Source: Deltaproteobacteria bacterium (lineage in GTDB: Bacteria > Desulfobacterota > Binatia > UBA12015). From it: a stretch of DNA of 64,000 nucleotides. Position numbers and translations under genes: made by a program. Shown here piece after piece: positions 42,944 to 52,386 of this stretch. The number at the start of each line of letters is the position of its first letter. Within the stretch, counting starts at the first letter, position 1. The DNA lies in the NCBI GenBank assembly GCA_046583355.1, contig JAYGCM010000009.1, positions 32,808 through 96,807 of the forward strand, in the 5' to 3' direction. Under the pieces are notes generated by a model. The model was not told the origin of the DNA, searched no databases, and saw only the letters and a list, made by a program, of their open reading frames with translations.

Positions 42944-44586
42944 ACGCCCGGCGCCGGCAGCCAGACGCGGAAGGTCGCACCCTTGCCGGGTGCGCTCTCG
43001 ACGTCGATGCGCCCGCCCAGGAGATCCACCATACGCCGCACGACGTGAAGACCCAGGCCCGTGCCGCGCAAAATCCGGCCGGCCGTACGGTCGAGCTGGC
43101 GGAAGGGCTCGAAGATGATCTTCTGGGCCGCGACGCCAATGCCGACACCAGTATCTTCTACCGCGATTTCAATGCCGTTTTTCTGTGCTGTCGCCTTCAC
43201 GAAGACACCGCCTACGTCGGTGAACTTCACGGCATTCGATACTAGATTCTTGACGATCAGCCGGATTTTGTCCCCATCCGAATGAAGCACCGGAAGGTCT
43301 GTCGCGATATTCCAGGAATAGGCAAGCCCGGCCTCCTGGCGCGCCTCGCGTGTATCGAGTTCGACGTCACGCAGAACATCCGCGATACAGACCGCACTGC
43401 GGTGCACGTCGGTGATCTCGGGGTCGATGCCAGCCACCAGCGAGTCTTCCAACATCGCCGCCAATTGGCGGCCGCTGCGGTCGATCCGCCGAATGAGTTC
43501 ACGCGGCTCAGTGCGGCCGATATCACGCTCGTCCGCAAGCAGAACGGAGGTGTAACCAAGGATCACGTGCAAAGGCGTCCGCAACTCATGCGAGAGCGCC
43601 GTGACGAACTCCTCCTTGCGCCGATTCGCCCGTGCCAGCTCCTGCACCAGGCGAGTATTCTCCAACGCGAGCGAGACCAGCTGTCCGGTACCGCGCGCCA
43701 ACCGGCGCTGCCGGTCGTTGAAATAAGTGCCTTTCGTACGAATACAGGCGCTATGAAAGCCGATGGTTTCGTCGCCGCTGCGCAGCGCCATGAAGAGCGT
43801 ACGCTCAACGCCAAGTGTGTTGCGGACGCCATCGTTCAAGGCGGCCTCGCTTTTGGCGATCTCCACCTCGGCGATTTCATCGTGGTCGAAACCACATAAG
43901 AGGTCACTGACCATCGCCCGCGAGGGGCGAATCGATTGCAGAAGCTGCCATTGCTCCTCGTTGTCGCCATGGCCGGCAACCAGCAGAAAGGCGTTCTCGT
44001 CAGCCGACCAGAGATAGGTATGGCTGGCGTCGCATTCGAGGATTTCGGTGGTTGCCGCACAGAGCCGATGCAGCATCACCGAGGTATCGGCCGACCAACC
44101 CAGCTGGCTGCGGATTCGCGCCAGGCCGGCGTTCACCCAGACTTCGTCGCTCAGCAGTCCGTGTGCCTTGCGGGTTTCCGAAATATCGCGAAAGGCCAGC
44201 ACGCCACCGCAGGGGACGCCACCGACCAGCTGCGGCTTCCAACAATATTCGATGATGCGCCCATCGGCGAATTCGATCGCCTGCGGCTCGGGTGGGGTCG
44301 GCGAGGCCATCAGCTGGAAGAGCCGGGTTTTTGCGTCTTCCGGATCGTTGAGCTGCTCTACCATATTCGAGCAGACCGCAATGGCCGACTCGAACTCGAG
44401 CGCCTCGACCGGAACACCCCACATCTCACAAAACCGGCGATTGAATTGCGCGATCCCGCCCAATTCGTCGATCACGATGATCGCCTCGCTGGTCGCCTCC
44501 AGGACCGCCTCGAGCACTCCGGCAGAAGCCGGCGGCACCGGAGCAGTAGCGGTGGTGATACGAGCGGGTTCGGGAGCAGTTGCCAT
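42940..44586 (-). CDS. Cytoplasmic PAS/GAF sensor histidine kinase (orphan)
   Basis: PAS-like N-terminus, H-box FVTALSHELRTPL, and HATPase motifs NLVSNAVKFT, DTGVGI and GTGLGLHVVRRMVDLLGG. No TM segments. ATG 44586 is preferred over TTG 44631. Confidence 0.85.
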   Translation of the reverse strand: MATAPEPARITTATAPVPPASAGVLEAVLEATSEAIIVIDELGGIAQFNRRFCEMWGVPVEALEFESAIAVCSNMVEQLNDPEDAKTRLFQLMASPTPPEPQAIEFADGRIIEYCWKPQLVGGVPCGGVLAFRDISETRKAHGLLSDEVWVNAGLARIRSQLGWSADTSVMLHRLCAATTEILECDASHTYLWSADENAFLLVAGHGDNEEQWQLLQSIRPSRAMVSDLLCGFDHDEIAEVEIAKSEAALNDGVRNTLGVERTLFMALRSGDETIGFHSACIRTKGTYFNDRQRRLARGTGQLVSLALENTRLVQELARANRRKEEFVTALSHELRTPLHVILGYTSVLLADERDIGRTEPRELIRRIDRSGRQLAAMLEDSLVAGIDPEITDVHRSAVCIADVLRDVELDTREARQEAGLAYSWNIATDLPVLHSDGDKIRLIVKNLVSNAVKFTDVGGVFVKATAQKNGIEIAVEDTGVGIGVAAQKIIFEPFRQLDRTAGRILRGTGLGLHVVRRMVDLLGGRIDVESAPGKGATFRVWLPAPGV

Positions 44587-44772
44587 TTGCGGACCTCGGG
44601 CGATTGGGGGAGCGATTGAATCTCTCCACAAATATCAAAGCGATTCCTATAAGGGAATCCCCTGATACAAATCCGGGAATTCCCCAGGGGCCATGCGCCA
44701 TCCGGCTAGCCAAGCTCGCGGCGGGTGGCTAACCAACGGGAGCACCGGGTGGACCGGGGAGGAGAATGATCG

Positions 44773-45534
44773 ATGAGCGAGAAGCGTTTTGACGGAAAAG
44801 TCTGCATTGTTACCGGAGCCGGCTCCGGGCTCGGCCGCGCCACCGCAGCGGTTCTGGCTGGCGAGGGTGGTCTTGTTGCCTGTGTCGATATTTCGGCCGA
44901 CGCCGCCGGCGTAACCGCAGACGAGATCCGTGCGGACGGCCATGCGGCCCGTTCCTATACAATCGATGTCTCGGATTTCGCGTCCGTCGAGTCCGGGATC
45001 GCGGCGATCGCCGCAGACCTGGGTCGCCCCGAGGTGCTGGTCAATTGCGCCGGTATCGGTCGCTTCCAGAACTCGCATGAAGTCGGCATGGACGATTGGC
45101 AGCGCATCATCGGGGTGAACCTCACCGGCACTTTCCTGATGTGCCGACACACCCTGCCGCATATGCTCGAAGGCGGCGGCGCGATCGTGAATATCGCCTC
45201 GAACGCCGGCCTGATGGGCCAGCCCTACTCGGCCGCTTATTGCGCATCCAAAGGTGGCGTCGTGAACCTCACCCGCGCCCTCGCCGACGACTATCTCGAG
45301 CGCGATATCCGCGTTGCTTGTGTCGCGCCGGGCGGCATCGAGACGGCCATCCAGAAATCGTTCCAGAATACGATGCCCGAGGGTGCGAACTTCAAGAAGC
45401 TCCTCCGCATCACCTCACCGCTGGGCAATTCCCAGCCCGTCGAGATCGCGCGCTTCATCGCCTTTATCGCCTCCGAGCACGGACGCTTCATCACCGGTAC
45501 CGTCCATTCGATTGACGGCGGCCTCACCCGCTGA
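44773..45534 (+). CDS. SDR family oxidoreductase
   Basis: TGAGSGLGRA, NAG and YCASKGG. Confidence 0.9.
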   Translation: MSEKRFDGKVCIVTGAGSGLGRATAAVLAGEGGLVACVDISADAAGVTADEIRADGHAARSYTIDVSDFASVESGIAAIAADLGRPEVLVNCAGIGRFQNSHEVGMDDWQRIIGVNLTGTFLMCRHTLPHMLEGGGAIVNIASNAGLMGQPYSAAYCASKGGVVNLTRALADDYLERDIRVACVAPGGIETAIQKSFQNTMPEGANFKKLLRITSPLGNSQPVEIARFIAFIASEHGRFITGTVHSIDGGLTR

Positions 45535-45549
45535 CGCGGGGGGTTCCTC

Positions 45550-46392
45550 ATGTCGGATTCCACCGCCTACGTGCCGCCGAAAGTCTGGCAATGGGACGCC
45601 GCGAGCGGCGGACGTTTCGCCGACATCAATCGCCCGATTGCGGGAGCGACCCAGGACAAGGACCTGCCCGTCGGGAAGCATCCGCTACAGCTCTACTCAC
45701 TCGCCACGCCCAACGGCGTGAAGGTCACGATCCTGCTCGAGGAGTTGCTCGCCCTGGGCAAAAGCGATGCCGAATACGACGCTTGGCTGGTCAATATCTC
45801 CACGGGCGATCAATTCGGCAGCGGCTTTGTTGCGGCGAACCCCAACTCCAAAATTCCGGCGTTGGTCGACCACAGCACGACGGAGCCGACGCGCATTTTT
45901 GAGTCGGGCGCGATCCTCATCTACCTGGCCGAGAAATTCGATGCCTTCTACCCGCACGAGCCAGCGGCGCGCGCCGAATGCCTCTCGTGGCTCTTCTGGC
46001 AGATGGGAAGCACACCCTATCTGGGCGGCGGCTTCGGCCATTTCTATGCCTACGCGCCAGAGAAACTCGAGTACCCGATCAACCGCTTCGCCATGGAAGT
46101 AAAACGCCAACTCGATGTGCTGAACCGAAACCTCAAAGAACGCGAATTTCTGATCGGCGAAGAATATACCATCGCCGATATGGCGACCGCGCCCTGGTAT
46201 GGCGCCCTGGCCCTTGGCAAGCTCTACGAATCGGCCGAGTTCCTCGACGTTGCGTCGTATACCCACGTCGTGCGCTGGGCGAAGGCCGTACTCGAGCGCC
46301 CGGCGGCGCGCCGCGGCCGCAAGGTCAACCGCGCCTGGGGCCCCGAGGAGACGCAATCTCCCGAGCGCCATAGCGCCGCCGACCTGGACTAA
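45550..46392 (+). CDS. yghU: Nu-class glutathione S-transferase, YghU-like
   Basis: Closely follows E. coli YghU as I recall it: PPKVWQWDAASGG.FA.INRP..G......LPVGKHPLQLYSL.TPNG.KVTI.LEELLALG...AEYDAW...GGGFGHFY.YAP.K.EY.INRF. Confidence 0.85.
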   Translation: MSDSTAYVPPKVWQWDAASGGRFADINRPIAGATQDKDLPVGKHPLQLYSLATPNGVKVTILLEELLALGKSDAEYDAWLVNISTGDQFGSGFVAANPNSKIPALVDHSTTEPTRIFESGAILIYLAEKFDAFYPHEPAARAECLSWLFWQMGSTPYLGGGFGHFYAYAPEKLEYPINRFAMEVKRQLDVLNRNLKEREFLIGEEYTIADMATAPWYGALALGKLYESAEFLDVASYTHVVRWAKAVLERPAARRGRKVNRAWGPEETQSPERHSAADLD

Positions 46393-46425
46393 GACAATCC
46401 GATATTCGGATGAGGAGACGATGAA

Positions 46426-47310
46426 ATGCCACGAGTATTGATCACCGGTGCCAACTCCGGAATCGGGCGGGCTACGGCCGTATTCCTGGCCGCGCGCGGC
46501 TTTGAGGTCTTCGCCGCCATGCGCGATCTCGCCAAGGGCGACAAGGTACAGGCCCTCGCCGCCGAACAAGGCGCAACCATCCACCCCGTGCGGATCGATG
46601 TCACCGACGACCAGACAATCCGCGATGCCGTGCGCCAGATCGAAACCGATCGAGGCGGCATCGATATCCTGATCAACAACGCCGGCGTCGGGATGAATGC
46701 GGTGGTCGAGGATGTCGATATCGAAGCCGCGCAAGCCGTCTTCGATGCCAATTTCTGGGGCACCATCCGCTGCACCCAGGCCGTGCTTCCGGCCATGCGC
46801 GCGCAAGGCTCCGGGCATATCATCAACATCAGCTCGGTTGCGGGGCGCATCGCCTCGCTCGGTCAAGGTATTTATTCCGCATCGAAATGGGCGGTGGAAT
46901 GCCTGAGCGAAAACCTCGCGCAGGAAACATTGAGCTTCGGCATCCGTGTCTCCATCATCGAACCCGGCGTGACGCGCACGGCCATCCTGCCCAAGAATAT
47001 CGGCCACCCGACACCTACCGCCTACGCGCAGGTCTACGGACGCATGATGCAATTCTATGCCACCGGCATCATGGCGAATATCGGCCCCGAGGTCGTCGCC
47101 GAGAAAATTCATAGCGTGATCGAGAATTCCCAGGCTCCCCTGCGCAACCCTTGTGCCTGGGGTGGCGCGGAACTCTGCGAAGGCCGCGCTCGGGTAAGCG
47201 ATCAGGAATGGATCGAGCTCGCGGCCCACTCCAAGGACGACGATTATTACGCGGATTTCGAACGCCTCTTCCAGCTCAGCATCGCGCCGGAAGTCGACAA
47301 CGCAAAGTAG
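46426..47310 (+). CDS. SDR family oxidoreductase
   Basis: ITGANSGIGRA, NNAG and YSASKWA. RBS GAGGAG. Confidence 0.9.
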   Translation: MPRVLITGANSGIGRATAVFLAARGFEVFAAMRDLAKGDKVQALAAEQGATIHPVRIDVTDDQTIRDAVRQIETDRGGIDILINNAGVGMNAVVEDVDIEAAQAVFDANFWGTIRCTQAVLPAMRAQGSGHIINISSVAGRIASLGQGIYSASKWAVECLSENLAQETLSFGIRVSIIEPGVTRTAILPKNIGHPTPTAYAQVYGRMMQFYATGIMANIGPEVVAEKIHSVIENSQAPLRNPCAWGGAELCEGRARVSDQEWIELAAHSKDDDYYADFERLFQLSIAPEVDNAK

Positions 47311-47329
47311 CACTGCGTCCAAACGACCG

Positions 47330-48349
47330 ATGATGTCCGACACGAAAAACAGCGCAGAGGCGCATGCCCAGCTCGACGTCCTGCTACGTCGGATGGGCCT
47401 GCTCGGTGCGGCGCAGAGCGCGCAATGGACAGCGCTCTCGGGCGGCATCTCGTCGGAGGTCTGGTGCGCCGAGCTCCTGCAACGCAAGGTCTGCCTGAAG
47501 CGAGCCAACGCGAAGCTGGCGGTCCCAGCCGATTGGCAGGCGCCGGTCGAACGCAGCGCGTCTGAGGTCCGCTGGCTCGAACTGGCCGGGAAAATCCACC
47601 CCGGCTGCGTGCCCCAGGTACTCGCACAATTGCCCGACGAACATCTTCTCGTGATGGAATACCTCGAGCCCGGCAATTTCCCGGTCTGGAAGGCCGAGTT
47701 GGCCGCCGGCCATATCGACGCCGCCTTCGCCGCCATGGTGGGCGATATTCTCGGCAAGCTGCATGCGGCTACCGCAGGCGACCCGAGCGTGAGCAAGAAT
47801 TTTGCTACTGACGATTTTTTTCACGCCTTGCGGATCGAGCCCTATTTCGAGACGGCAGCGCGTGCCCACCCCGATGTCGCAGGCGAGATCACCGCACTCG
47901 CCACGCGGACCGCAAATACCCACCTCGCCTTGGTCCATGGCGATATCAGCCCGAAAAATATTCTGGTTGGACCGAAGGGCCCGGTCTTCCTCGATGCCGA
48001 GACGGCCTGGTACGGCGACCCGGCCTTCGATGTCGCTTTTTGCCTGAACCACCTGCTGCTCAAATGCCGCTTGGTACCGGGCCAGCGCGAAGCCCTGCTG
48101 CGCAGCTTCGATTCCTTCGCCCGTAGCTATGCCAAGCGGGTCGATTGGGAGTCTCGTGCGCAGCTCGAAGAACGGGCGGCCACGCTCCTGCCGGCCCTGC
48201 TGCTGGCCCGCATCGATGGAAAATCCCCGGTCGAGTACATCACGCGGCCCGAAGAGAAAGCCCTGGTCCGCGACTTCGCACGCCGCTTGCTCACAGCCCC
48301 GCGCGCAACATTGGCCGAAGTGCGCGACGCCTGGCTGGACATCTCATAG
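47330..48349 (+). CDS. Phosphotransferase (APH/choline kinase/MtnK-like) family kinase
   Basis: Catalytic loop LVHGDISPKNILV and LDAETAWYGDPAFDVAF. Confidence 0.8.
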   Translation: MMSDTKNSAEAHAQLDVLLRRMGLLGAAQSAQWTALSGGISSEVWCAELLQRKVCLKRANAKLAVPADWQAPVERSASEVRWLELAGKIHPGCVPQVLAQLPDEHLLVMEYLEPGNFPVWKAELAAGHIDAAFAAMVGDILGKLHAATAGDPSVSKNFATDDFFHALRIEPYFETAARAHPDVAGEITALATRTANTHLALVHGDISPKNILVGPKGPVFLDAETAWYGDPAFDVAFCLNHLLLKCRLVPGQREALLRSFDSFARSYAKRVDWESRAQLEERAATLLPALLLARIDGKSPVEYITRPEEKALVRDFARRLLTAPRATLAEVRDAWLDIS

Positions 48350-48364
48350 AGATCCGGCCGCGCT

Positions 48365-49126
48365 TCAGGTCGGGATATCTGCCTTCTCGCGCAGGACGAT
48401 GCGGTCGAGGCGGAGATGAGACGGCGTGGTCAGGGCGTAGACAATGCCATCGACCACGTCTGCCACCGACATCATCGCGGGCATTCCGGTCCAGCGCACG
48501 ATCGAGTCGATCGATGCGGCCCTTGACTGATCGAATCCCCGCGTGACGACGCCGCCGCCCTCGGTGCCTTCCGTGTTGCCGATCTGCATATCGGTGAAGC
48601 GCACGCCGCTGGCACCATACTCGCCGCGCAGCGCGCTCAGAAAATGCGCCAGAGCCGCCTTGCCGGCTGAGTAGATCGCCAGATGCGGGATCGCGAGCGC
48701 GGCCGCGGTCGATGTGAGGTGGATGATATGGCCCTGGTCGCGCTTCAGCATCCCGCCCAGAGCCGCCTGGGTGATGCGAATCGAGCCATGCAGGTTGGTC
48801 TCCAACATGGTCGTCCATTCGTCTTCCGGCTGCTCGGCAAACGGCGAGAACCACAGAACAGCGGCCGTGCTGATGAGCGCATCGAGTGGCGCACCCGCCT
48901 CCTGGATTGCGGCAAAGAGCGCTTTCACGCTCGCGGGCGAGGTCACATCACAGGCATGCGGCACGATCGTCCCGGAGGCGTCTGCCGCACGGACCTCGAT
49001 CCGTTCGCGCCGCCGGGCCGCCGCATGCACGACCGCGCCCTCGGCCGCGAGTCGGCTCGCCAGGCCAGCGCCGATGCCGGCCGACGCACCGACCACGAGC
49101 ATCGTCTTGCCCTCGAAGATCCCCAT
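48365..49126 (-). CDS. SDR family oxidoreductase
   Basis: VVGASAGIGAGLA and YSAGKAA. Confidence 0.85.
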   Translation of the reverse strand: MGIFEGKTMLVVGASAGIGAGLASRLAAEGAVVHAAARRRERIEVRAADASGTIVPHACDVTSPASVKALFAAIQEAGAPLDALISTAAVLWFSPFAEQPEDEWTTMLETNLHGSIRITQAALGGMLKRDQGHIIHLTSTAAALAIPHLAIYSAGKAALAHFLSALRGEYGASGVRFTDMQIGNTEGTEGGGVVTRGFDQSRAASIDSIVRWTGMPAMMSVADVVDGIVYALTTPSHLRLDRIVLREKADIPT

Positions 49127-49147
49127 CGCCGTCTTGGCCGCGCGCTT

Positions 49148-51280
49148 CTAGAGTTTACCCATGGCCGCGAGGAAGGGGATGATGACGAGCGAAACGATCG
49201 ACATCAGCTTGATGAGAATATTCAGCGAAGGACCCGAGGTATCCTTGAAGGGATCGCCAATCGTGTCGCCGATGACAGCTGCCCCGTGGGCATCCGTGCC
49301 TTTGGACTCGCCTGGAATCTTGCCTTGCTCGATGGCCTTTTTGGCGTTGTCCCAGGCACCGCCTGCGGTCGCCATGAAGAGAGCCATCAGAACGCCGGTA
49401 GTGGTCGCGCCGGCGAGCATGCCGCCAAGCGCCGAGGCGCCCAGCGTCCAGCCCATGATAACCGGGCTGGAGACGGCGATCAGGCCCGGCAGAATCATCT
49501 CACGCAGCGCAGCCTTGGTGGAGATTTCGATACAACGAGCCGAATCCGGCTTGACGCCTTCTTTGCCCTCAAGAAGGCCGGGGATTTCGCGGAACTGACG
49601 ACGGATTTCTTCGACCATCTGGCCGGCGGCCTTGCCGACCGAGGTCATCGTCATCGCGGCCACCACGAAGGGCAGCGAGCCACCCACCAGCAGGCCGATC
49701 ACGACGATCGGGTCGGTGAGTTCCAGCGAGAAGGGAATGTATTCGGTGCCGTTCGTGGCAGCGGCTTCGCGCAGGAAGCGCTCGACCTCGGACGAGTACG
49801 CCGCGAAGAGCGCCAATGCCGTGAGTGCGGCCGAACCGATCGCGAAGCCCTTGCCGATGGCGGCTGTGGTATTGCCGATCGAGTCAAGGCTATCGGTGAT
49901 CTTGCGGGTCTCTTCACCCAACCCAGCCATCTCGGAGATACCGCCGGCATTGTCGGCGACCGGACCGTAGGCGTCGACCGTCATGGTGGCGCCCACTGTT
50001 GCGAGCATGCCGACGGCAGCCAGCGCGATGCCGTAGAGGCCGGCGAAATGATTCGAGATGAAAATGCCGATCGTGATGAGGATCAGCGGCAGGAAGACGC
50101 TCTCCATGCCGACGGCCAGGCCGGTGATGACATTGGTTGCCGCGCCGGTTTTGGAGGCCTCCGTGATGCGAAACACCGAGCGGGGCTGAATGCCGAAGAC
50201 CTTGTCGACGGAAGTATAATATTCGGTTGCCAATCCGATCGCGACGCCGACCAGCGAGCCGCAGATCACGGCGTAGACCGGAGCAATCGGCAGGCCGAGG
50301 AAATTGACGACGATCAGCGAAGCCACCCAGAAGAGCACGGCCGCAATCAGCGTCGTGTTGCGCAGCGCGCCGGCGGGCTCGGTATTCTTGAGAAGGTTCA
50401 TCGAGAAGATGCCAACCAAACTCGCGATCAGGCCGATCACGCCGAGGAGAATCGGCAGAGCCATCAGGCCGAGACGGTCGGCCTCGGTGATCTCGTAGCC
50501 CGCGGGGAATATGCCGCCGGACGCGGCGGCCGTGAGGGTCGCGCCGAGTACGATGGACGCGATGATCGAGCCGACAAAGGACTCGAAGATATCGGCACCC
50601 ATGCCGGCGACGTCGCCGACATTATCGCCCACATTATCCGCGATGACGCCCGGGTTGCGGGGGTCATCTTCCGGAATTCCGGCTTCGAGTTTGCCCACGA
50701 GGTCGGCGCCCACATCGGCCGCCTTGGTGAAGATGCCGCCACCGACGCGCGCGAAAAGCGCGATCGAGGAGGCGCCCATGCCGAAGCCCGAGATATATTG
50801 CACGCTGGCAATCTCGCTGCCCCAGACCAGGTAGATCACACCAACGCCGAACAGGCCCAGGCCGGCAACCGAGAGGCCCATGACGGCGCCACCATTATAG
50901 GCGGTCAGCAGCGCGGCACCCGCGCCTTCGTTGGTCGCGGCCATGGCCGTACGAACATTGGCCGAGGTGGCCGCGCGCATGCCGGCATAACCAGCGACGA
51001 TGCTCAGGCCCGCACCCAGGAGGAAGGCGACGGAAGTCTGCCAGTTGATGCCCGCCAAAAGAAGGGCACCAACCACCACGATAAAGACCGCGAGAACGCG
51101 ATATTCGGCGCGCAAGAAGGCCATCGCGCCATCCTGAATCTGCTGGCCGATATCGGCCACCACGGGATTGGCGACCGGTACGGCATCCACCTTCTTATAA
51201 AGGCGAAATGCGGTCACGAGACCGACCAAGGCTACGCCAAGCGCAACCAGACCAAGGGTGAGGGAAAATTCGCTGTTCAT
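49148..51280 (-). CDS. hppA: Membrane-bound (H+/Na+)-translocating pyrophosphatase, K+-dependent-type motif
   Basis: [41 protein letters not shown] and GGAWDNAKK. 710 aa with ~16 TM segments. Confidence 0.95.
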   Translation of the reverse strand: MNSEFSLTLGLVALGVALVGLVTAFRLYKKVDAVPVANPVVADIGQQIQDGAMAFLRAEYRVLAVFIVVVGALLLAGINWQTSVAFLLGAGLSIVAGYAGMRAATSANVRTAMAATNEGAGAALLTAYNGGAVMGLSVAGLGLFGVGVIYLVWGSEIASVQYISGFGMGASSIALFARVGGGIFTKAADVGADLVGKLEAGIPEDDPRNPGVIADNVGDNVGDVAGMGADIFESFVGSIIASIVLGATLTAAASGGIFPAGYEITEADRLGLMALPILLGVIGLIASLVGIFSMNLLKNTEPAGALRNTTLIAAVLFWVASLIVVNFLGLPIAPVYAVICGSLVGVAIGLATEYYTSVDKVFGIQPRSVFRITEASKTGAATNVITGLAVGMESVFLPLILITIGIFISNHFAGLYGIALAAVGMLATVGATMTVDAYGPVADNAGGISEMAGLGEETRKITDSLDSIGNTTAAIGKGFAIGSAALTALALFAAYSSEVERFLREAAATNGTEYIPFSLELTDPIVVIGLLVGGSLPFVVAAMTMTSVGKAAGQMVEEIRRQFREIPGLLEGKEGVKPDSARCIEISTKAALREMILPGLIAVSSPVIMGWTLGASALGGMLAGATTTGVLMALFMATAGGAWDNAKKAIEQGKIPGESKGTDAHGAAVIGDTIGDPFKDTSGPSLNILIKLMSIVSLVIIPFLAAMGKL

Positions 51281-51410
51281 CTGGGTGATCTACCGGTTCC
51301 CGGACCGCTATCGGTCCGTCTACGGATAAGGAAAAAAACGTTCTAGAGACCGTGAACCATTAGCGAACCCAATGCAGCCGAACAAGACGCCTGCCACGCC
51401 AACCACCCAG

Positions 51411-51506
51411 CCAGGGGACGCAAAAAGGGGACGGGTACCTGAATCCGTCCCCTTCCGGGACGGGAAAAGGGGACGGGTACCGGAACTCATCCCCTTCCGG
51501 GGTGAG
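51411..51506. repeat. Tandem hairpin units of the GGGGAC...GTCCCC family (inverted relative to 9971-10048)
   Basis: AAAAGGGGACGGGTACCTGAATCCGTCCCCTTCCGGG followed by the imperfect AAAAGGGGACGGGTACCGGAACTCATCCCCTTCCGGGG. Lies in the divergent hppA / hlyIII intergenic region. Confidence 0.75.
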
Positions 51507-51630
51507 TTGCGGGAGGGCATGGCGGACTGGTGGTTGGGGCTCAAACGCGCCGGATCGGCAGGTTTGCACGGGCAGGGCTACGGAAAACGGGCCGAATTCC
51601 CGGCACACGGGTTGCTTCTATCCGAGGGTG

Positions 51631-52347
51631 ATGCCCCCGCCCGAGATACCCGCGACCGCCACTTTGTCGGCCCAAAAGCCACCCAGCGTTGGCGAAATGC
51701 TGACGGGATCGATGGACTTTGCCGCCGCAGCCGATGTCGAGACGGCCAATACGCTGACGCATGCCGTTGGGCTGATCTTCGCGATTGCCGGCAGCGCCTT
51801 CCTGCTCTCCAACGGCATGGTTCGCGCCGACCACACCAAATACCTGGCCTGCTCGATCTATTGCGTCTCCCTGGTGAGTCTCTATGCCTCCTCCTGCCTC
51901 TATCACGCCACCCGAGACCCCAACCGCAAAGCAGCCATGCGCGTCTTCGACCAGGTCTGCATCTACCTCCTCATCGGCGGCACGACGACGCCGCTCTTCG
52001 CGCTGCTGCTCCCCGCGCCGCTCTCCCTTTATATGGTCGGCAGCATCTGGGGACTGGCCCTCTGCGGCATCGTCCTGCGGCTTGCCTACCCCGCGCGCTT
52101 CGATGGCTTCTCGATTCTTCTCTACCTCGGCATGAGTTGGCTCGGCGCGACTACCCTCGACTCCTTCCTTCCCGGGACCCCCGCGATGGTACAGAACCTG
52201 ATCGTCGCCGGCGGCATCGTCTACACAGTCGGCGTTCTCTTCTACCTCAGCGAGAAAGTTTTCCGCTGGGGCCACGTGATCTGGCACCTCTTCGTGCTCA
52301 CCGGCAGCGCCATGCATTTCGCCGCCATCACGCTCGCCGTATCATAG
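51631..52347 (+). CDS. Hemolysin III / PAQR family membrane protein
   Basis: Seven TM segments; THAVGLIFAIAG, YHATRD and HVIWHLFVLTGSAMHF. ATG 51631 was chosen inside listed ORF 51502..52347. Confidence 0.85.
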   Translation: MPPPEIPATATLSAQKPPSVGEMLTGSMDFAAAADVETANTLTHAVGLIFAIAGSAFLLSNGMVRADHTKYLACSIYCVSLVSLYASSCLYHATRDPNRKAAMRVFDQVCIYLLIGGTTTPLFALLLPAPLSLYMVGSIWGLALCGIVLRLAYPARFDGFSILLYLGMSWLGATTLDSFLPGTPAMVQNLIVAGGIVYTVGVLFYLSEKVFRWGHVIWHLFVLTGSAMHFAAITLAVS

Positions 52348-52386
52348 AGATCCACCCACGCAGGCTCAGGCCGGACGCTCGGAAGC

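Noticed and set aside
45697-47796. 699-aa minus-strand ORF
   Set aside because: It is antisense to three well-supported genes (yghU, SDR, kinase), and its product shows no domain signatures.
48683-51346. 887-aa plus-strand ORF
   Set aside because: It is antisense to the unmistakable H+-PPase gene (49148..51280). The translation is R/G/D/H/A-rich low-complexity sequence with no motifs, a typical shadow ORF in high-G+C DNA.
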